This document shows, one piece after another, positions 59,670 through 64,000 of a DNA stretch of 64,000 nucleotides (the stretch's first letter is position 1; each line of letters opens with the position of its first letter). The DNA is taken from IMG/VR virus record IMGVR_UViG_3300030108_003057, positions 1 to 64,000 of that record, one strand, 5' to 3'. The stretch is from a virus. Under the pieces are notes generated by a model. That model was not told the DNA's origin, searched no databases, and saw nothing but the letters and a program-made list of their open reading frames with translations. The position numbers and the translations under genes are program-made.

Positions 59670-59873
59670 ATGACGACAGAAAAAGAAGTTACAGATAAGG
59701 TTGAAAAGGCCGAAGATTTAGTTGAAGAAGTTTTAGAAGAATTAGAAGATTTAGGATTAGTTGATGAGGCTACCACGAATAAAATTTTAGCGAAGGTGGC
59801 TTTATATAAACGCTATATTCTAATAGCAGTTCCTGTTGTTATTGCTCTTGTAGCCGCTATTAGCGCGCTATAA
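59670..59873 (+). CDS. Small protein with C-terminal membrane anchor
   Basis: Acidic N-terminus, ILIAVPVVIALVAAISAL. Confidence 0.6.
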   Translation: MTTEKEVTDKVEKAEDLVEEVLEELEDLGLVDEATTNKILAKVALYKRYILIAVPVVIALVAAISAL

Positions 59874-59883
59874 GGGTGATAAT

Positions 59884-61686
59884 TTGATAGACTGGAAAGA
59901 CCTGTTGATTAGAGAAAATGCTACACCCGGCAGTATTGCTAGACAAAGTATAAAGACACCAAGGGAAGCAAGCGCCGTTAAGTCATTTATAGATGATTTT
60001 GAAAGTGCTGAAAAAGATGTCGCTGCTAATAATGAAATTACTAATCCAAATGTATCGAGACTAGTAAGATATGGTAGTATTGATTTAGAAAACATTTCTA
60101 GAATATTACAAGCCCTAAAAGATAAATACGAAGAATCTCCATTGATAGTTCTTAGTAAACAATTTAATAATTTACTAGACGCATTTACACAAGACCCCGA
60201 CCAGTATGATAGATTGTCTAAATTCGTAACTGAGACATTATATCCTGATGATAGTTATGAACCAGTTATTACTAATTTAGCGGAGTTTAGAGATAGAATA
60301 GTATATAGTGATAAAGAAGAATTATTAGATTCCTTAGAGGCAGTAATGTTAAATGAAGAGATTCGTAGTGAACCATTCGATAAATTAATTAAACTATTAC
60401 CCAATATCACTCGCACACTAATTCTTAGCGATAGAGAAAATAGAGCAGATATTAAAACTGAGTATACATATACAGTTGCTCCACTAGTAAGATTTACAGA
60501 TGTTCTTAAAGGTAATAAAACTACTCTAGAAAAGTTCAATGATTTATTTAGATATTTAGTTAATGAAAACTGGTTAAAGGATAATATCTACAAATTTTAT
60601 ACTGGTGGGGTTCGTCAAGGAGAATTTGATGTTAGGTCACCTATGTATACTTTATTTAAAATATTAAAATTTACAGAAAGAGAAGATATATTTTCTGACC
60701 CCGCTATGGGTGCAGTAATGGGTAGAAGAGAACAATTGACCAGCCGTAGACCAACACTATTTAGATTATTTATTACTGAATATTTATCTGGAAAAATTTC
60801 AGGTGTTACTAAAGAAGAGGCAGACGAGTATAACAGATTAAGTTATGAAGATAAAACTACAAGAGAAGATGAAGAAATAGAAAGAATAACATTACCCAAA
60901 ACAGCAGCAAATTCATTAAAACCCAACTACGACGAGTGGTTAGTGAATCATAGAGCGTTTATGGGAGAGTATGCTAAAACCGAAAAGTCATTTGAGCAAT
61001 TATATCGAAATACATTTCAAGGTGATATAGATAAGGGTAGTATATTTAGCCTATGCATTCCGAGAAAGGAAAATGAAGGTACAGTAGAACTTACTAATTT
61101 CTTAACTGATGATAGTTGGCCCTCCAATATATCGGAAGCCGACGCTAAAATTATCCTAAAGGCATACTTACGCATAATTGGAGATTTTAGTAAACTAGGA
61201 TTTAGCAATATAGATACTAATAAATTATTACAAAATCTAAGAAACATTACTAGTGATATAAGAGAACTAGAGTATACAGTGACTCGTCGTGGTGAAACTG
61301 AAACTAGAAAATTATTTACATATAATAAAGATACTGGTAACTTAAATCCCCCAACGGCACGTAGTCTTGATAATATTAAAGGCATGGAAAATATAAATAA
61401 GTTAATAGAAGCCTTTATTACTGATTTCAAACAAGCACTCGATGAAACTAGCGAAGCCATATGCAAAAGCATACATTCGGCAGTTGTTGATAACATTGAT
61501 AAAAGGTCAATAAAAAGATATAATATTTTAGTTAGAAGAGAAAAGAAGTTAGATAAGAGAGGTAAACAAATGAAAGATACGTCTGGTAATGTAGAATATA
61601 TATCTAGAAAGGAAGGAACAATCCAAGAATGGATTCAAGACTTCGGCGGCAAAGATGAACCGTTAATAACTGCAAGGAGGGAGTAA
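59884..61686 (+). CDS. Large helical hypothetical protein (divergent tag MIDWKDLLIR)
   Basis: TTG start with GGGTGA RBS. Confidence 0.65.
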   Translation: MIDWKDLLIRENATPGSIARQSIKTPREASAVKSFIDDFESAEKDVAANNEITNPNVSRLVRYGSIDLENISRILQALKDKYEESPLIVLSKQFNNLLDAFTQDPDQYDRLSKFVTETLYPDDSYEPVITNLAEFRDRIVYSDKEELLDSLEAVMLNEEIRSEPFDKLIKLLPNITRTLILSDRENRADIKTEYTYTVAPLVRFTDVLKGNKTTLEKFNDLFRYLVNENWLKDNIYKFYTGGVRQGEFDVRSPMYTLFKILKFTEREDIFSDPAMGAVMGRREQLTSRRPTLFRLFITEYLSGKISGVTKEEADEYNRLSYEDKTTREDEEIERITLPKTAANSLKPNYDEWLVNHRAFMGEYAKTEKSFEQLYRNTFQGDIDKGSIFSLCIPRKENEGTVELTNFLTDDSWPSNISEADAKIILKAYLRIIGDFSKLGFSNIDTNKLLQNLRNITSDIRELEYTVTRRGETETRKLFTYNKDTGNLNPPTARSLDNIKGMENINKLIEAFITDFKQALDETSEAICKSIHSAVVDNIDKRSIKRYNILVRREKKLDKRGKQMKDTSGNVEYISRKEGTIQEWIQDFGGKDEPLITARRE

Positions 61687-61687
61687 A

Positions 61688-64000
61688 ATGGATGAAAAAA
61701 TTAAACAAATAGTTAGCGGAATTTTAGAGGACCTTACTTTAGAATTAGATATTACTAAAGATATTGAATATCTTATTAGACAAATTTCTGGAGAGAAATT
61801 AGACGAAGTAGCAGTAGGCAACGAGTATGATACTTATGATGGTCTATTAAGAAATATATTTGAAATAAGAAATACATTTTTTGAAAACTTTTCCAATAGA
61901 ATAATTTATAATAATGCTCCCCTAAATCATTTAGGTAGCGAAATAGAATATGATTGGTATGAAAGATTAGAGAAAAATATTGATGAATACGACTTATCTA
62001 ATCCTGAGTTACGACAAGTGGTACAAGAACAAAGACAGGTCTTATATAGAAACAGCGATTTAATAGTAGCAGATATACCAATTCTTACTTTTACAGAAGA
62101 CGAAATACAATTTTTTGGTAACTTGTTAGACGCAGTATCTTCTGTATCTCCCGCTAAAGTAATGGATGCTTTTGATTTTGTTGAGGATATTACAACAACT
62201 TCCGCTACTAATCTTAAAGCCAGAGAAAAAACATATAAGTTCTGGGAACAGGTCGATAACCAATTTATTAACTTAGTAAATGAATTAAATAATAGTATTG
62301 AACTAATTGAATCATTAAAGGTTGAAGGCGAAGGTGGAGAAACTGTTTATAGAAATATCGAAGTACCAAGTTATATTGTAAAGATGGGAAGAATTAAATT
62401 AAAGAGGGGCATAAAACCAAATCATCCTGTTGTTGTTGATATTTTAGAAGCAAAATATATTAAAGAAGAAATAGATGATGCTTTAGATAGAGAACAAGTA
62501 GCAGAATATCGGGGAGACCAGATAGTGGGCTACTCGGCAGGTATTGGTAGAGAAGATAAAGATTACATAAGTTCTTTAGACGATGTAAGACAAAAACTAG
62601 ACGATGTAGAAGATGATAGTTTTATTAGCGAAAATATAATTATAGACCCATTACTATCTATTATAATACAACAGGAAGAATTTCCAGTTATGTTAAATGA
62701 AGAAGAAATTAAACAAAATATAGAGAAAGTAATTTCTAAACAAAGAAAAAATATTCCTAAAGAAAATTTAGAATTTAATATCGATTCACTAGAAGCAGCA
62801 GAAAAACATATGCAAGAAAATCTAAGGTTGTATAAACCAATAATACAAAATGAATATAAATTTGCTATTATGGATGGGCCAGAAATATCATTAGAACAAG
62901 TAAAGTTTGATGATGTGGCGCAACCACAATTTACTATACAGGTAGCAAAGTTTGATAGTGGTGAATTTAAAATAAAAGATATGAATTTTAGTAACTATTC
63001 AGAATTAGTATCTTACATAAACGATAACACTAATGAATTTTTTAATCTATTAGTCGATAAAATATATAATGTAGAATCATGGTTAAAGACAGGAGATGAT
63101 GAAAAAGCATTTAAAGTCCCACAGCCTAAAAGAACTGGTGGAGGAACGCGTGGAGAATTTTTAGGAAGAATAACAGGTGAAGGGGTTGCTACTATACCTT
63201 ATAAAAGAGTAGAAGCAACTGAGGTTCCTAAAAATCTCAGTAGATTATCGGATGCTATTGAATCATTTTATTATAAAGTATTAAAAACACAAAGAGTTAT
63301 GTTCAAAGACCAACCTAATTTTGTTAAGACTGAAAGATATAGAGCACTACAAAGAAAAATTGATAGTGATGAAGTACTGGGAGTAGCAAGAGAAATAGCA
63401 TCAGGTCGCTCAAAACCACAATTTACTAAAGAATTATTTTTAGATATTAATTCATTTGTAAAACAACTAAATAGAGCAAATTTTAGTAAATATAAATCAT
63501 CATTAAAAGATGAATCCACAGACTTTATTACAGGAGTAACTAGTTTATTTAAGCCGTTAGGTAGAAGAAAACAAAAACAAATTCAAAGAAATCTTTCAGC
63601 CAAGTTAGGAACAATCTTGTATGGTTTGTGGTTGGATTCTCAAACAGATAAAGAATCAAAGCCACCAAGATTTATGTATAGAAATTTAGATTACTGGGCT
63701 AAATTATCAGAGCGAATAAGAGAAGAGGGCGAAGAAGAAAAGTTATCTTTAGTAAATTTAGCAAGATTTTTTGAAGACCCAGATATTAAAGAATACTTAC
63801 AAAGCGATGAAATAATAGGTGAACCCAAAATTACTACTGATAAAAGGGGAGAAAAAACAATAAATGTTAACACTGCTAAAGATAAAAGAGAAATAAATAC
63901 TATAATCTATGGTGATAATGGAATTACTGGTAACTTGGTTAGAGCAGAGACACAACTTAAACCACTAGCGAAAGCAATATTAGATTCCGTTGATTTATTA
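61688..64000 (+). CDS. Large hypothetical protein, 3'-truncated (not in ORF track)
   Basis: ATG at 61688 after AGGAGGG; reads MDEKIKQIVSGILEDL... and appears open to the window end, which explains its absence from the track. Confidence 0.65.
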   Translation, partial: MDEKIKQIVSGILEDLTLELDITKDIEYLIRQISGEKLDEVAVGNEYDTYDGLLRNIFEIRNTFFENFSNRIIYNNAPLNHLGSEIEYDWYERLEKNIDEYDLSNPELRQVVQEQRQVLYRNSDLIVADIPILTFTEDEIQFFGNLLDAVSSVSPAKVMDAFDFVEDITTTSATNLKAREKTYKFWEQVDNQFINLVNELNNSIELIESLKVEGEGGETVYRNIEVPSYIVKMGRIKLKRGIKPNHPVVVDILEAKYIKEEIDDALDREQVAEYRGDQIVGYSAGIGREDKDYISSLDDVRQKLDDVEDDSFISENIIIDPLLSIIIQQEEFPVMLNEEEIKQNIEKVISKQRKNIPKENLEFNIDSLEAAEKHMQENLRLYKPIIQNEYKFAIMDGPEISLEQVKFDDVAQPQFTIQVAKFDSGEFKIKDMNFSNYSELVSYINDNTNEFFNLLVDKIYNVESWLKTGDDEKAFKVPQPKRTGGGTRGEFLGRITGEGVATIPYKRVEATEVPKNLSRLSDAIESFYYKVLKTQRVMFKDQPNFVKTERYRALQRKIDSDEVLGVAREIASGRSKPQFTKELFLDINSFVKQLNRANFSKYKSSLKDESTDFITGVTSLFKPLGRRKQKQIQRNLSAKLGTILYGLWLDSQTDKESKPPRFMYRNLDYWAKLSERIREEGEEEKLSLVNLARFFEDPDIKEYLQSDEIIGEPKITTDKRGEKTINVNTAKDKREINTIIYGDNGITGNLVRAETQLKPLAKAILDSVDLL

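Noticed and set aside
3223-63873. Many short opposite-strand ORFs in the track (e.g. 3223, 5458, 14406, 16102, 24246, 46061, 53731, 61017, 63271)
   Set aside because: They are shadows fully overlapping longer, motif-bearing genes.

Overview
AT-rich (roughly 30% GC by eye), gene-dense fragment of a tailed archaeal dsDNA virus, most likely a Magrovirus-type virus of Marine Group II Euryarchaeota (Poseidoniales). This assignment is inferred from an archaeal-type replisome (PolB with PIP box, PCNA, PriS-PriL fusion primase, RPA, MCM-like ATPase, XPF nuclease, ATP-dependent ligase), a TFB homolog, a histone-fold protein, GGTGA/GGAGG ribosome-binding sites and phage-like tail genes. Layout: (1) + strand tail/structural block, 1-12.2 kb; (2) - strand replication, nucleotide metabolism and regulatory block, 12.3-39.3 kb, including tRNA-Leu(UAA); (3) a mostly non-coding strand-switch region of about 6 kb (39.3-45.2 kb) with 14 copies of the palindrome CCATATGG, many followed by a different stem-loop; (4) + strand block of short and medium ORFs, 45.2-64 kb. 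No capsid or large terminase gene was recognised in the window. Three observations stand out: (a) about 20 otherwise unrelated + strand ORFs share an N-terminal M-x-W-x-x-[ILV]-[ILV]-K tag, a candidate capsid-targeting and processing signal; (b) a virus-encoded ubiquitin-like toolkit (E1/ThiF, JAB protease, a Ubl ending GG-C and a possible E2-like protein) interleaved with TFB, histone and PIP-box micro-ORF genes; (c) the CCATATGG-delimited structured array. All calls come from reading motifs by eye; no searches were run.
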